From Stylophora pistillata (taxonomy: Eukaryota): DNA of 64,000 bases. The DNA is taken from the NCBI RefSeq assembly GCF_002571385.2, contig NW_019217912.1, positions 443,380-507,379 of the forward strand, given 5' to 3'. Shown here piece by piece: positions 1 through 13,410 of this stretch; position 1 is the first letter of the stretch; every line of letters starts with the position of its first letter. Under the pieces are notes generated by a model. It had not been told where the DNA came from. It saw nothing but the letters and a program-made list of their open reading frames with translations, and made no database searches. A program made the translations under genes and the position numbers.

Positions 1-483
1 CATTTATGAATAACAGGTTAATAAACAATAAACAAATCATTACTTGTAATTTGAAAGGGGAAACAGAAGATTTGATAAAAAAAATTGTACTTTAGTAACA
101 ACAAGTTTGCATATTGAATTATCAATTATCTTTGTTTGTTATATAACTTGGGACAAGCAAACTAAGGGCTCCAAGGAAACGAGGGAATGTTGATAAAATC
201 GATAGAAGGAAAAAGAAGCATGGCCTAAAAAGCAGTATCTCAGGCACAATTTTCAAAAGCTTCCGACAATCCTCTGAGAAGAGAATACGTGATTAATGGT
301 TAATACGCTTGGCAACGAAGAAGACCTTAACGCTGTGCGGTAGGTGGTACTCGAGAAACTATCAGGTGTCGCGTTTTGCGGCCAATCAAATCCAAAGGGT
401 GGGCGTGATTTACAAAAGGGGGAGAGTTTACCAGTAGTAAAGTGACAGTCCCTTGAATCATTTGTCAAACTGCCTCCTCTTTG

Positions 484-492
484 TGATGTAAT
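484..492 (+). promoter_or_regulatory. TGATGTAAT bZIP-type motif upstream of gene A (also at 4108-4116 reverse before gene B and 43549-43557 before gene G)
   Basis: The identical 9-mer lies ~65-100 nt before three ATGs. The related TTACGTAA at 40108-40115 precedes gene F. Confidence 0.4.
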
Positions 493-583
493 ACTTCCTC
501 ATTTCCTTCCATATCAAATAACCATTAGAGAAATTTTTTTTCTTTTAGATTCATTCGCAGTTTTTTCCTCTTCACCTGGCAAT

Positions 584-2287
584 ATGCATGTGAAGCTAGT
601 AACCGTTTTATGCCTCGTATTCGTCTCTTTGGCCTTAGTGGAAGGAAAGTCTATTAACAAGGAGAATGGTGAGGATGACTATATTTACATTTTGATGTTG
701 TCATTGTTGATGAGAAGTAACGATTACATTTTGGAATTTTCAGTTGAGAATTCAGGGAAAAATCTAAAAGGAGAACAAAATAATATCATGGTAGAGCTGC
801 AATCCGCAAATGAAAAGAGCGACTCTGGAGAAGGTAAGCGATTCGGTCAAGCTACGCGGTACACTCTTCAAAGAATCAAGACTGGCTGTGTTCTCTCGTA
901 AAGGGTTTAGTGATACCGACGATAAAAGTCTTTTTCAACATTGCACCTTAGATAGATCATTACATCACATTTTTGTAGTATTCCACATGACCAAGACACT
1001 TTTACATAACTGGACCGTGTTGCAAAAGGCCCACACTGATGAAACAATCTTTCATTTCTCAGCTTTCTTTGTTCCTCCGTTTGAATTCTTTAACTATCTG
1101 ATTTAGTCTAAAACTCTTAGATACACAAAGAGAAGATATAGACTTCCAGAAGCTATAATTGTTCTTAGGATAAAACTTGGCCGAACCGTTTAATTTTGGA
1201 GAAATTAAGAAAGCATGCTTCTTTGCAAAGTCTCGGGTCGCTCAAAACTGACGATGATCTAAGAAAACAAATATGGAAACATACTAAACTTTGATGAATT
1301 GAAAGTTCACTCAGACACAACCAGCTGTGGTATAAAACGTTTTTTCTGGTTTTGAATGCAGACCTTCTCTTTTCGCACTTCATCCCCTAGAATCAAGTTT
1401 GTTTTGTGTTATAGAGTCTTTACTAGCCAGGCGGTTTGCGTCTACCCCCTTTGACTCATCGCTCTATCCGACAAAGTTGAAATAACTTTCAAAACGATCG
1501 TACTTGATGAAGGGTAAAGGATTGATTTGACTTATTTTCTGGTCATGCAGAGCAAAAAGTAAAGGATCCTTGTGTATGCAGAGGAAAACCTAAAAAGAAA
1601 TGTACTGAGGAGACGAAGAAATCAAAATGCCCTGAAAAATGTAGCAGTTTGTGCGCCGAAAATAAGGAATGTGAACACAAAGACCAACCCAAGAAATGTG
1701 AGCAAAAAGATCAACCCAAAAAATGTGAGCAAAAAGATCAACCCAAAAAATGTGACTGTAAGTCACAAGCAGAAAAATGCAAAAGTGTTGCCGCATCTGA
1801 AGGTGAGAAGAAATGTAAATGCAAGGGAGGAGAAGCCAAGGCAGGAATTCCAAGACCAGCACCCCACGCCGTAGGAGGCGCCATAATACCATTGTCTTCC
1901 ATATCGCCTCAGCTTGGTATCGGCAAAAAAGTCAATTCCTCAAAGAAGTGCTGCTGCGGTGATTGTTGTCACGATTGTTGCTGCGATTGCTGCCATGACT
2001 GCTGCCATGACTGCTGCTGTGACTGCTGCCACGACTGCTGCCACGATTGTTGCTGTCACGATTGTTGTCATTGCTGTGAGCCATGCTGCTGTTGCTGCCA
2101 CTGTTGTGAGCCATGCTGCTGCTGCCATTGTTGTGAACCATGTTGCTGTCACTGCTGCCACCACTGTTGCCACTGTTGTGAACCATGTTGCTGTCACTGC
2201 TGCTGTAAGAAGTCCCAGGAGCAACTCAATTCTGCTGCATTGGCCGCTGCTGCCGCAGCAGCCGCCTCCCGCCCAATCCACCATTAA
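584..2287 (+). CDS. Gene A: secreted Cys/His-rich precursor, 3 exons (584-668, 744-833, 1551-2287), ~303 aa
   Basis: Signal peptide MHVKLVTVLCLVFVSLALVEG. Phase-1 GT-AG introns (669-743, 834-1550) join into one open frame. Lys/Cys pro-region with KKCEQKDQP repeats, then a KK-flanked 86-aa block (1949-2206) with 54 Cys (CCHD and CCEPCCC repeats). Ends AAAA..PIHH. Confidence 0.85.
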
Positions 2288-4180
2288 CTCGAAAGTACCG
2301 TTACAAAACTTAAAGTCATTATTCTGATTGTAAACCATCGTTTTTCGTATTCCCCTGCCTACATTGCATCTGAAGCCACAACAGAGAGCACAAGCTAAAT
2401 AATGACCGCTGCCGGTGAAATCGTACCAAAATGGAAGTTATATGATGGTAAAACGTCGGGGAAGCCAGGAGATTGGTAAAGAATTAGATCAGAAAATTAG
2501 TTTAAAATTTGAAAAAAAATGTTATCTTCTATCCGTTGAGGTGATAGCTACACTAAAGGACATTCTTATAAGAGTCAGCTGAATGAACTGTATCGAGAAA
2601 AAAAGCCTGTAGCGATTTTTCTACATTAAGATCACGTGAGCACGTCAGGAACGGTAAGAAACATATGGTTACAATGGCATATGCAGCATAAACAGTTCAG
2701 GAAGCGTCACTTAAGACACCTCTTCCGATATTCAGAGAAATCATTTTTCTTGAGAACAATGAATAAAAGTTATTACAACGTTTTTTGAATACGATAAATT
2801 TGACTCTGTTTCTAAATTAGATGTGTGCATAGTGTGAGGATATTTTGTGGCATGATGTACGAGTGTTGAAATGAAATACGGATTGAAATAAAATGGATTG
2901 ATCAATACCGTGAATTGTAAGATTTTGACTGTGTTGAAGAAGCATGAAACATTTACTGAGTAGAGTTGCTAAATATTTTCAAACTTTTGTGAAATTAAAT
3001 TTGAAAGTTCTTACTGAGTCGATAACTTTTATTCAATTACCAGTAATATTTGGCACAACTTCAAAATTAGTAATATTTTCCAAGGATTTTTCAGGAGACT
3101 GCAAGTAACAAAGTAATCATTATGATCTTTAATACATTCAGTATTTCCTTTGGTTAATCAGTTAGTTGACCGTTCAAATGCAATAGCGTGTGGAACCCCA
3201 ACGGAGTTTCTTTTAACAAAAGCAGCGACTCTGTCAAAATGCAATGTTATTTTTGTCACTTTGCAAAAAGTTTCATCGCACTGCCCAACGAGCGAGAATC
3301 ATTTGTTTACTTCCAAAATTCAGAAGAGACCAGAAAACAATTCTGGGACAAGTCACTACTATCTTCTTCTAGCTTTCCTCGAACTGGAAGTAGATACGCC
3401 TACCACGCAACTCTGAAGGGGAAAATCCTCCTATTTATATGGAAGCGGCACACATTATCTGCTCTTTTCGTGAGGTGTTTTCCTTTTGTTAAGGCAAGCG
3501 CGAATGTTGGTAACATTTGTTATTACGATGTACATTCAAACAGTAAAAAAGAGGAGAAAAAAGAACCGTTTGGATCTCATAAAACCCATATGCCATTTTA
3601 GTTGAAATTATCTGGTGTTTTTTGCAGTTGATGCATGAGCACCCAAGAAGAGAACACAAGTCATTTCGGTTAGTATGTTAAAGGGTGTAAAGATTGTAAA
3701 GATATGACCAGCTGTCTGTCTTAGCCATAGTTTCTAAAACGTTTGCTTTCATTTTAATCTTTTAAGTTAGGGTAAAACTGAGTCAACTTTTCTGGTTTCT
3801 CTGGTAGAATTAAATTATTTCGTTGAAGCACCATTCCCGGAAGTGACTATTTGACATGTACTCAATTTTTTTCGCAACTTGGAACACCCTTACAGGTTAT
3901 AGCACGAACTAAAGTCTCTCACTTGCCTTAAAATGGTTGCTTGATGATATAAATAAGTACCACAAATATCTGTTTCTGCCCGAAAGATGTCAACTCACAA
4001 AATGAAACTACGTTCCTGTACATGAACAAATCGCATATAATGTTTGATCGTATTTCAATCACGAAATTAACAACAGGTCACCAGTTCAATTGAACTTTTG
4101 AGAGTAAATTACATCATAAAGGCAGCACCTCAATTACTGGACTCACCGAGTTCTTTCTCTAGTTTGTGTTGTGCGTCATT

Positions 4181-5585
4181 ATGAGGGCGACGGCGTTTCT
4201 TTGTTTTGCTTTGTTAAGCTGTGTTTCCTTATCTGTGGAAGGAAAATCAATCAAGACAAATCACGGTAAGGATTTGTTGTTTGAAGTGGGATCGAGGATA
4301 GCTTCATAACAATGGTTTGTTTCTGATGACTAATCGAATCCATCGAGAAATCATTCTCAGCAGTAGTGAACTGAATTTGAGGTTTAAATGTCGACTTACT
4401 ATTGGTGCTCAAATAAAAGAGGGAAATGGGTTCGTTGCTAATAATTTTCTTTTAACGATCATGAGAAAAGAAGTGAACTACAGCGACAATTAGTGCGGCT
4501 GTTCACAGAAAGCAACCAAAAACATTATAAAGTCTTAAAAAATAAACAGGACAAATTTTGAGGAACAACAAAAAAATAAGCTAATTTAAACCTGATTTAT
4601 AAGAAAACAAAGTTTGAATAAGCCATTGGCTTATTCAAACTTTGTTAAAGTAATTAATATATTATACTGGGTCAGATTCGAAGCGTGTTGACACAATAGA
4701 ACACTTAAACACTCGAAAAGAGATTTACTGGTATCTCATTTAACACCATTCTGCTTTCCTCGATTTCGTTTTGAAAGCACCTTTGAAAGCACCTAGTTCT
4801 TTCGCATACCCTCCAGAGGATCGACTAACTCTCCATGAAAAATAACGTCAAACCCTTGTTAACATTTTCTTTGTTAGTATGGAGTTGATAATATCTATTT
4901 AACCTGGAAGCTTTCTCTTTGATCATTAGATGAAAGGAAAGAGGCAGATGCCAATAAATGCACTTGTGAAATGCCAGCAAAAGAGGAAAAAAATATCAAC
5001 GGAAAGTGTGATTGCTTGCAAGAGGACGTAAAAAGATGTCAGGGAGACAAAGGGAAATGTAACTGTGACTCTTCAAGCGAAACGATAAAGAATTTCAGGC
5101 GAGAAGACTGCAAATGCAAGAATCGACAAGATGCAGAAAGCGGCAGTGGTCAGACAAACACCACGAAGCGATGCGACTGCAAATGCAACTCTCGTTCAAA
5201 TACAGGACACTCAACTGTAGCAGCACAGGTGTCAGACAACCCAGGTATCCTGGCTGTTGCACCTTTAATGGCGCAAGCCGATGGAAGTCAAGCGGTAAGA
5301 AAGGGAAAAGGGTCCAAGAAATGCTGCTGCTGTGATTGCTGCCATGACTGTTGCTGCCATGACTGTTGCTGCCACTGCTGTGAACCATGCTGCTGTTGCT
5401 GCCACTGCTGCGAGCCATGTTGCTGCTGTTGCCACGAGTGCTGCTGCCCATGCTGCTGTCACTGCTGCCACTGCTGTCCCTGCTGCTGCCATTGTTGCTG
5501 TAAGAAGTCGAATGCCTCAGAGCGGATGCCTGCTGTTGTTAATCCGCTGATCGCTGCTGCCCACTCCAAGCCACAACATCACTAA
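4181..5585 (+). CDS. Gene B: paralog of A, secreted Cys/His-rich precursor, 2 exons (4181-4265, 4930-5585), ~246 aa
   Basis: First exon is 85 nt like gene A and encodes signal MRATAFLCFALLSCVSLSVEG-KSI. GTAAG donor at 4266, TAG acceptor ending 4929, in frame with ORF 4971-5585. KK-flanked 60-aa block (5322-5501) with 42 Cys. Ends AAAHSKPQHH. Confidence 0.85.
4606..4646. repeat. Perfect 41-bp palindrome (20-bp arms, 1-nt spacer) in the gene B intron
   Basis: AACAAAGTTTGAATAAGCCA-T-TGGCTTATTCAAACTTTGTT. Confidence 0.9.
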
Positions 5586-8013
5586 GAATGGTCATATCAG
5601 TCTACCGATTATTAATAACAAAATATCAAAAAAGAAACCTGCTTAAGTGCCACAATATCATCATAAAATTGTATATATGATCACGTGTAGCAGAAGGGTT
5701 GACATAAAATAAAAAATTGGAATAGTTGTGTTATACTTTTGTCTAGTTTTATTCATATGTCTGACGATATATTTTCAGAAATAATTATCTGAAGTTTCAC
5801 ATAAGTTCTGCAACGGATTCATTTCCTAATACGGTAATAGGATAACTACCTGTAAGATATATAGTTAATTTGAAATTAGACTAAAACAAACACATCACGA
5901 GACAGTTTTCACTATTTTATTTATCGCGAATTCCGGCTAAAATTTGTCCTTCCTTTTCTTTTTTCTTAAATCGGTTCTGTTAGAAAAACAAAAAAGAAAC
6001 AATGCGTTGGGTTCTGATTTTGATGGATGCAGATAAACTTATAAATTTGATCACTCAAGAAGTCAAAATTCAACATAATAAAAGGAGGGTACGAACGTTC
6101 GAGTTTCCTTTCGAAATTTTTCAAATATACAGCTAGGCCAGATAATTAACGATTCCTGGCGAAACCACACGGACTTGTGATTAACTACCGATACAGAAAT
6201 TTAAAGCCAGTGTGTTGGATGTGAAAAATGTTTCACCAAGTATTTCATTCTTGAAACTTTCTCTGTTTGAAAATCGCTCAAAACATCAAACAAACACATA
6301 CATTTTAAAGTCTCCAAATGTTTGTATAAACTAAAGCGATTACTTGAAGAAACTAAAAGAACTTTTAAAAATCATTTCACCCTACAGATTCAAAGATTCA
6401 TTACACTGTATGGCCTTATGAGCTTTATAGCAAAGCAAAAAAAAAAGTAAAAAAAGTGAAATTTGAAATTAGCCTCTAAAGGTTGTTTGATGTGAAGGTT
6501 GACAGCAGGTGGTGACAGCGATTAATTCTTACAGGTACCTGCACTGGACACAGTCGATGACTTGGGTCATTCTGTTTTTACACGCGTGAATATTATATGG
6601 GGACTTATTATGTCTATTGTTGATGTAAATAACAATAGAACTCAATTCACAAACTCAAATACTAGGAAATATTCTTTCAATCATCATCAGCTGAGAGAAA
6701 TTCGATATATCTCGCCGTTTTTTTCTCTTTAAGTACCCTAAGTATGTATTATAGAAAGTAGCAACTGCTATATTCTTAACGGCGACACTTTCATCACGAT
6801 CAAGTGACGTCCTGGTCCATTTTTAAGGAGATATTCTTGTACTAAAAAGAACTTTGAATCAACTACCTCCAATAAATGTGAATGTATATGAAAAAAATTA
6901 CATGTTAAAGACACGAATTTCCAAGGAAGTTGCTGAGGTGAATGAGAGAATTAAGGGCACTATTCACTGTACAGGGTTTTCAATCTCAAGTTACACTTCG
7001 GATGACTTCTTACCAAGTCAGGATAATTTTCGAAAAACATTCCACAATTAGCGTTTATTCGATGTTGAATTCGCATTTGTCATTTAAGTGTTTCAATATT
7101 TGTTAATTTGTTTAGCTAGAAAGGTGGGGATAGTTATTGACTAATTTACAAACAAAAACAGCTGTTTATTTTTAAAACTGTGACGTTTTACTTTCACATT
7201 AGTTCTTATCACTGGATTCTAAATTATTTCAGGGCTCCGCTAGACTTCTGCATTTTAACTGCAAGTCCATTAACCTATAGCTCAGTTGAAACTTCCTCAG
7301 GCATCTCTATCTGCTGACCACGATAAGCTGTGAACTGATCAATTACAATTTCTTAAAAGGATTTCTGTCTCAGAATAACCCCTTTTTGTCAAACAGTGGT
7401 TTAAACTTTACTAACTTATATTGGTGGCAAAATGGTCACGCGTGATTAATTTTACACAAAAAGCAATAAATGAATGTCTCTTCAAGCTCGACGCTGGTGA
7501 TAGGTGGTGCATTCAGCCATTCAGGTGCCCTATTTAATGCTCGAGTTAGCAAGAAAAAAAAGCACTGAAAAATTAATAGGAGTTTTAAAATTAAAAATGG
7601 CGTTTTATGCCATGGAGGACGCTGGAATATATATTTCACTAATCCTTCTTTTGAGAAATAATATTAGAAAAGAAATGAAAAATTTTGATTTCCACAAACA
7701 AAACAGACAATAATTACTGCAAAAACCAACTGGAGGCTTGACCTCAGTTATTTCCAAATTTGGCAAAATCAGGTGTTACCTAATTTACCCTTTACCTGCT
7801 AACCAATGGAATTGGAGAGGAAGTAATCACACAATAGAGCACCCTGGCCAACCAAAATTCACGACGTAAATATTTCAAATGTTACCTAATTTCAAGTCAT
7901 TTTATGGCAGTTTATGAGACAATAGATCGAGGCGAGAAGAGTTAGTTACATTGTTGTTGTTTACGATACTCGTATTAGTTGCGCCAAAGGTTTAGGAAAA
8001 ACAGCAGTGGAAG

Positions 8014-8599
8014 ATGATGAAAACTACCTGGCTCTTGGTAGTTTTCACGTTATTAGTGGTCCTTTATCAAGCAACAGCAGTTCCTGTAGCATCATCTTAC
8101 AAATTAGAAAATGAAAATTTTATGGACGTAATGGAGGCTAAGGAGGAATCTGAAGAGGCCAGTGACGACGACAAGGCCAAGGATGAAGAGGATGAGGAAG
8201 CGACCAAGGAAGATGAAGAAAAAGAAAATGAAGCTAAAAACGACGAAGAAGATAAGGATGATGAAGACAAAAAGGAAGACGAGGAGAAGAAAGATGATGA
8301 TGACAAGAAGGAAGATGAAGAAAATAAGGATGATGACGATAAAAAGGACGAGGAAGAGAAGAAAGATGATAAAGAAGACGACGACGACAAAGAAGAGGAA
8401 CCTGATCTCAATGACCAACAGAACGATGAAGACTCTTCTGGAGAGGAAAATGTAGATCTGGATTCCGAGCATTTAGTACTTCAAGGAAGCGGTAGTGGAA
8501 AAATCAAAGGAGTTGTGATTGAAGATTCAGACAAAGAGAAGGACAAACCCGAAAAGCGTTCCGTGGACGATGACAAAAAGGCAGTGAAGAGCACACAAG
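8014..8599 (+). CDS. Gene C shared leader exon: signal peptide plus Asp/Glu/Lys-rich pro-region
   Basis: MMKTTWLLVVFTLLVVLYQATA signal, a long D/E/K tract, DSSGEE and QGSGSG motifs, a KR site, and a phase-1 donor CAAG|GTAAC at 8600. Confidence 0.85.
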
Positions 8600-8730
8600 G
8601 TAACATTACTTCCAATTTTTAATCTTGTTCACCGATTATCATTTATTTTTATTATCTAGAGGGTATATTTGAAATACTTATCACCGATTAAGAACCCATG
8701 TTTAAGACAGGCTATTTCAAAAATCCCTTT

Positions 8731-8875
8731 CGCTCCGACGAAGGGCTAACGCTCGAAACGTCAGCTCTTATAATCGTAACAGTGGACAATTTACCATTTC
8801 AACTTTGTTGATATATTCAAATTATTTCGTTACACCCACCGACGCAGCCCCAAACAGTTTCTTTAGAAACTACCA
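8731..8875 (+). mobile_element. Penelope-like repeat fragment with a minimal hammerhead-ribozyme-like core (8731-8766)
   Basis: GCT-CCGACGA-AGGGC-TAAC-GCTC-GAAA-CGTC-AGC matches the CUGANGA..GAAA..UH layout with one core substitution. The same motif recurs at 33690-33749. Confidence 0.5.
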
Positions 8876-9782
8876 GCCTTAATTTAAAAAATAAATGTCT
8901 ATTTCACCTTGATTTTCCCAACTTAGCCTACAACTTGGTTTAGCCGTCACATTTTCAGTCTCCGACAAGAGGAAGAAATGAAACTATGATCGCGGCTTAG
9001 AATTTTGGTTTCGAGAACAATATTTAGTCACGAAGACAAAATCATGAATTTTTCATGACGTTTTAGTGTTTTATGATTGTTATGTCTACTGACTTAAGGA
9101 CTGACATTCACGTATCACTTTCTCGATTAAAAAAGTACAAAATACTATCCTGATGACAAAAGTAAAGTGTCGATAATTTTTCACGATTTTACGGCTAAAA
9201 AAATTTTCCTCGCTGCGCTTATCGAGGCGTGAAAGGGTTGCAGGTGAACAGCCACCTGTATCCAACGAGCAGAAATGATGAACTCAAAGTTTTACTTTAT
9301 TTTTAACTTATTAAAGTAGATGGAAAATATCAAAATAGATCAGACTCTAATCACTACATAGGTTAGCCACCGTCTCATAGACAACTTTCGTTGATTGGCC
9401 CTTTTCACATTGACGCTAATCAGGTCTGAAAATGGATGGAAAATTACAACAAAAGAAAAAGGATTGAAATCGATGTACTCGGCTTTATTATCGTTCCAAG
9501 CGGCTTGAACGGATGCTTAAGTTTCAGAAGAAAGAAATCAGAAGGAAAATAACATGTCAAATAGAAATTATCATAAATAATTGGAAAATTGGAGTAAATA
9601 GATGATTAAGTTGACTGCCCATTATGGCATTTATAAGTGTATCTGACCAAACTGTCCAAATAGGTGAAACCCACACTTGCTTAACAAAGGTAGGTTATGA
9701 TTAAAAATACCTTGCATGAACTAACTTTATAGTATTTGCATGTTATTTTTTGCATGTTACATGATACCAATTGCATGAGTAG

Positions 9783-10860
9783 TCCAAGAAAAACGGTGCG
9801 GCTGTGGTTGCTGGGGCGAACCAGGTGAAGGTTGCGGCTGCGGCAATTGCTGTGGCGGTTTCGAATGCCCCCATAGTTGTGGAGGCTGTGGATGCGGTTG
9901 TTGCCCGCATCTTAACTTCCCCGTTACTTTCGGTGCATGTGTAAACAATCCGTGCTGCGAGTGCTGTCAGAAAAAACCACCGAAGGGAAAATGTCAGTGG
10001 CCTTGCATGTGGCCCTGCTGCTGTGAATGCGATCCACCCAAGTTTAAATTCACGCCGCTCAAGCCCAAGCCAATGTGTCATTGTCCTAACTCTCATGGAT
10101 GCTGCGGTGGAAAGAAGAGCGAAGGTGAGCTGATCTATTTTGCATGTAACGTTAAATCATGATCAATTTGCCATCACCTTCTTTTGAGGATCTAACAATA
10201 GCTACTTTTAGACTCCGTTTTGGCAAGGAAGCAAGTAGTATCACCTTTAATGGATCCACGTCGTGGAAGGTGGCAACGAAATCTTTTTCTTTTTTAAAAT
10301 ACAATGTTATCTATCACCCAAAAAGACATCATTTAAGATAAGAATCCGAGGTTTTACTTTTCCTTGTCTCGTTATTTCTTTTCTTTTGGGTAGTGAAACA
10401 CCTCGAAATACAAATAATATCTCAAGGGTCTTTCGATAAATCTAAAAGGGATTCTAATGAAGATTATTGTGTTTGCTTTAATTCGGCAAGTAATCGTGAA
10501 ACGTTATAAATCACGCTAGATACTTGGAATATCGAACTCAATCAGCTTTCTAGTACTATTTCATGGATGAAAGGAACGTTAGCAGTATAATTGAAAAAAA
10601 AAAACAGAACAAACAAACAAAAACAAAACCTAGTGTTTATTATTTCTAAACATTTATCAGGTCCTGTAAGAAGAAGTGATGTCAAAAAGCGTTGCGGTTG
10701 TGGCTTTGGATATGGTGGCTATGGATATGGTGGCTACGGATATGGTGGTGTTGGTTATGGACCTTTCGGTGGATATGGGCCCTATGGATATGGGCCATAT
10801 GGCGGGTATTTTCACGGTCTTGGTCCATTCATCGGCGGCTTCCCTCTTCCATATTACTAG
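9783..10860 (+). CDS. Gene C cassette 1: Cys-rich exon 9783-10124 plus Gly/Tyr terminal exon 10661-10860 (isoform ~375 aa)
   Basis: Phase-1 acceptor gives VQEKR-CGCGCWGEPGEG...FGACVNNPCCECC..GKCQWPCMWPCCC..PPKFKFTPLKP..GGKKSE. Second exon [28 protein letters not shown]. The Cys exon is not in the supplied ORF track. Confidence 0.8.
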
Positions 10861-12625
10861 GTGAATAATTAATGTTAAGGTTCTTTTGTATTTGCCTTGG
10901 AATGGAGAAAACACATTTTGGGAGTGCTCTGAGGATTTTTCCCCCAATTCTATATAGTTTAAAATCAACAGTGGTTAAAGAGACTACCCTACACGACGTT
11001 CCTTACATATCTGATACATCGTTCGGAAAGTTAAGCAAGTATCACTCTTTGTGAACTTAGGATGGATTTCAGTTGTAAATCATAATAAAAGCGAAAGGAC
11101 GCTTTTTTTTTTCATTTTAAACCCCCTTTTGGACTTACTCTATTAGCAGAATCATGACTCATTTCCTTTCCTCTTCTATCTTACAGGTCGCTTGATCATT
11201 CGCAAAATGTCATCTTGAGAGGAGTTGTTTCTCGACGCATGCCTTGTCTGGACAATTGTTAAAATGAGCGATAGTCTCGAAATCGAAATTATTTTTCCAT
11301 GTAAAAAAAAAATTGTAACAAAGCAATATTCGCCAATGAGACAAAGTAATGATTATCAATTACGAAAGACAGAGTCGTTTCCAGAGAGAAGCGTGTCAAA
11401 ACACGAAACTATTTTTGAAAAATACAAATACCCTTAATACCCTCCATCGTCCTGCATGAGCTTACTAACTCGCGTGAATGCATGCTAGTAAATAAAAGAA
11501 ATCAATTTTGTGGTGTCTACTGTCCTTTACCATTCGCACAGTCTTAGTTACATAATCCAATAATTGAGGCAGTCCGGCAGGCTCATTGCACAGAGACCGG
11601 AGCCTCGACTCTTAAATACTCCTTTGCTAATTAAGTTATTAAAAATAACCCGTTCATCATTATAGAATGTAACAGTCAGCAACTCCATACTAAGTATTAT
11701 CAAATCATTAAATGGTAAGATATTTAGAAAAAGAGCCAGTGTTAGATTGAAAAGTGAAGTTACTGTAGTAGCTTTTGGGACTAAATTGGTCCAACCTATT
11801 TCTGTTTATTTTTCTTTTGCTCAGCTAGATACCAGTTCCACTGCCTACTCAAATACAATTGCACATCACATGCTAACGTCTGAACTGATACCATTCTCCA
11901 CATATTAACGAAAGCGGATAATTTTTACAGCTGAATTCCGTATTGCCGACAGTTGCAATTAGATTCGAAAAAATTAGCCACTTATCCTAAATTCGTTTGA
12001 AAACCTGAGACCGGTTAGAGAAAAAAATATCATTTTTCTTAGATGACTGATTCTTCAGCTTCTGCGCCTTTCGAAAATTCGATCAATACCTTGGCACATA
12101 CCTTGGATTAAAGAAAGCTGGCGATAGCTGCCCTGCCTACGTTTAGTCAAAGCAGTAATCATTCGTACAATGTTTAGGAAATGCATTATCGCAACTCGAG
12201 ACTTTTTTAATTTGACTAGAAGAAGGGTTAAGTTTCGTAGCCTTCTTGTCTTTTAATGTATCTACTGGAGGAAGGAAGAAATATGTGTGCACTAACAATG
12301 TCTCGTTGCATCAAAGACGCTGAGTGTGGTTACCACTCGCCAGCTTCTCTTCACTAATGCTGGTGAGTATCTTTTTTTGCGATCTGCCCTTTACAAATTT
12401 TCGATTGTTGACTTTGACAAAACCACAGACAGGGCAGCTTCGTCAACATGGAGCATTTTTTTCCCACAAGGCATGTCTGTATTCTGCCGTGACTGTTAAG
12501 GCAGTAAGCATCTCTTAGTACGAAGCTGGCCTGATCTTGCGTTTATGTCTTCAGCATGTTTTTAATAAATGTATTAACTTAAGGGAAATAAAAGGTAACG
12601 TGCTGATTTTCGTCCTTCTTGACAG

Positions 12626-13410
12626 CAAGACGTTCAGGTTTTTGTGGATGTTGCAATTGTTGCGGTGGCTTCGGATGTCCTCATGTTTGTCATCACTGCT
12701 GTGGCGGTTGCTGTGGCGGTTGCTGCGGATGTTGCGGCCATGGTTGCGAATCGATAACATTCCCAGTTGAGTTTGGAGCGTGTGTTGACAATCCTTGTTG
12801 TCAATGCTGTAAGAAAAAACCGAAGAAAGGTCACTGTCAGTGGCCATGTATGTGGCCCTGCTGCTGTGAGTGCAAAGTTCCTGAATTTAAGTTGAAGCCC
12901 TTGAAGCCTAAAGCTGTCCCTAAGGATTGCCATACTTGCTGCCATGGTTGCCATGGTTGCTGCGGTTGCTGTCACTGCTGCCATTGTTGCCGTAAGAGTG
13001 GAGGTATAATTTAACTAAATGTACCAAAAATCGTTCGAAATAATTTATTCCACGGATAGATTACGTTCTATCATTTTGCAATTTCATAGTTTTGTAATTC
13101 CGTTTGTGCTTACGGTTTTCTGGTATATTTCATAACTTTGCTGGAGAATGGCTCAATTCAGAATATCATCATTATGATCAACCCATATGGATGTCAGGGG
13201 ATTAACCATATTAAAATGTGACCAGAAATGATTGACAGATTAACGAACAATGCTAGCAAAGATAACTTTTTTTTTCCAGTTGATTACAAGCGATGTCATA
13301 TTCCCCCGAGCATTACAGATATTCAACCGCTTCCATATTTCTTCAGTCCCGTGGTTCCTCTCTACTATGGGGTGCCATTTCCGCCGCAGTATCCATACTA
13401 TTACTTCTGA
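12626..13410 (+). CDS. Gene C cassette 2: Cys/His exon 12626-13003 plus Pro/Tyr terminal exon 13280-13410 (isoform ~364 aa)
   Basis: GACAG| phase-1 acceptor gives ARRSGFCGCC... with the same WPCMWPCCC domain. Donor at 13004. Terminal exon VDYKR-CHIPPSITDIQPLPYFF..YYYF*. Confidence 0.75.

Noticed and set aside
1572-5550. Ala/Thr/Val- and Ser/Asn/His-rich overlapping ORFs around genes A and B
   Set aside because: Alternative-frame and antisense readings of TGC/TGT runs; only the Cys frame splices to the signal exon.
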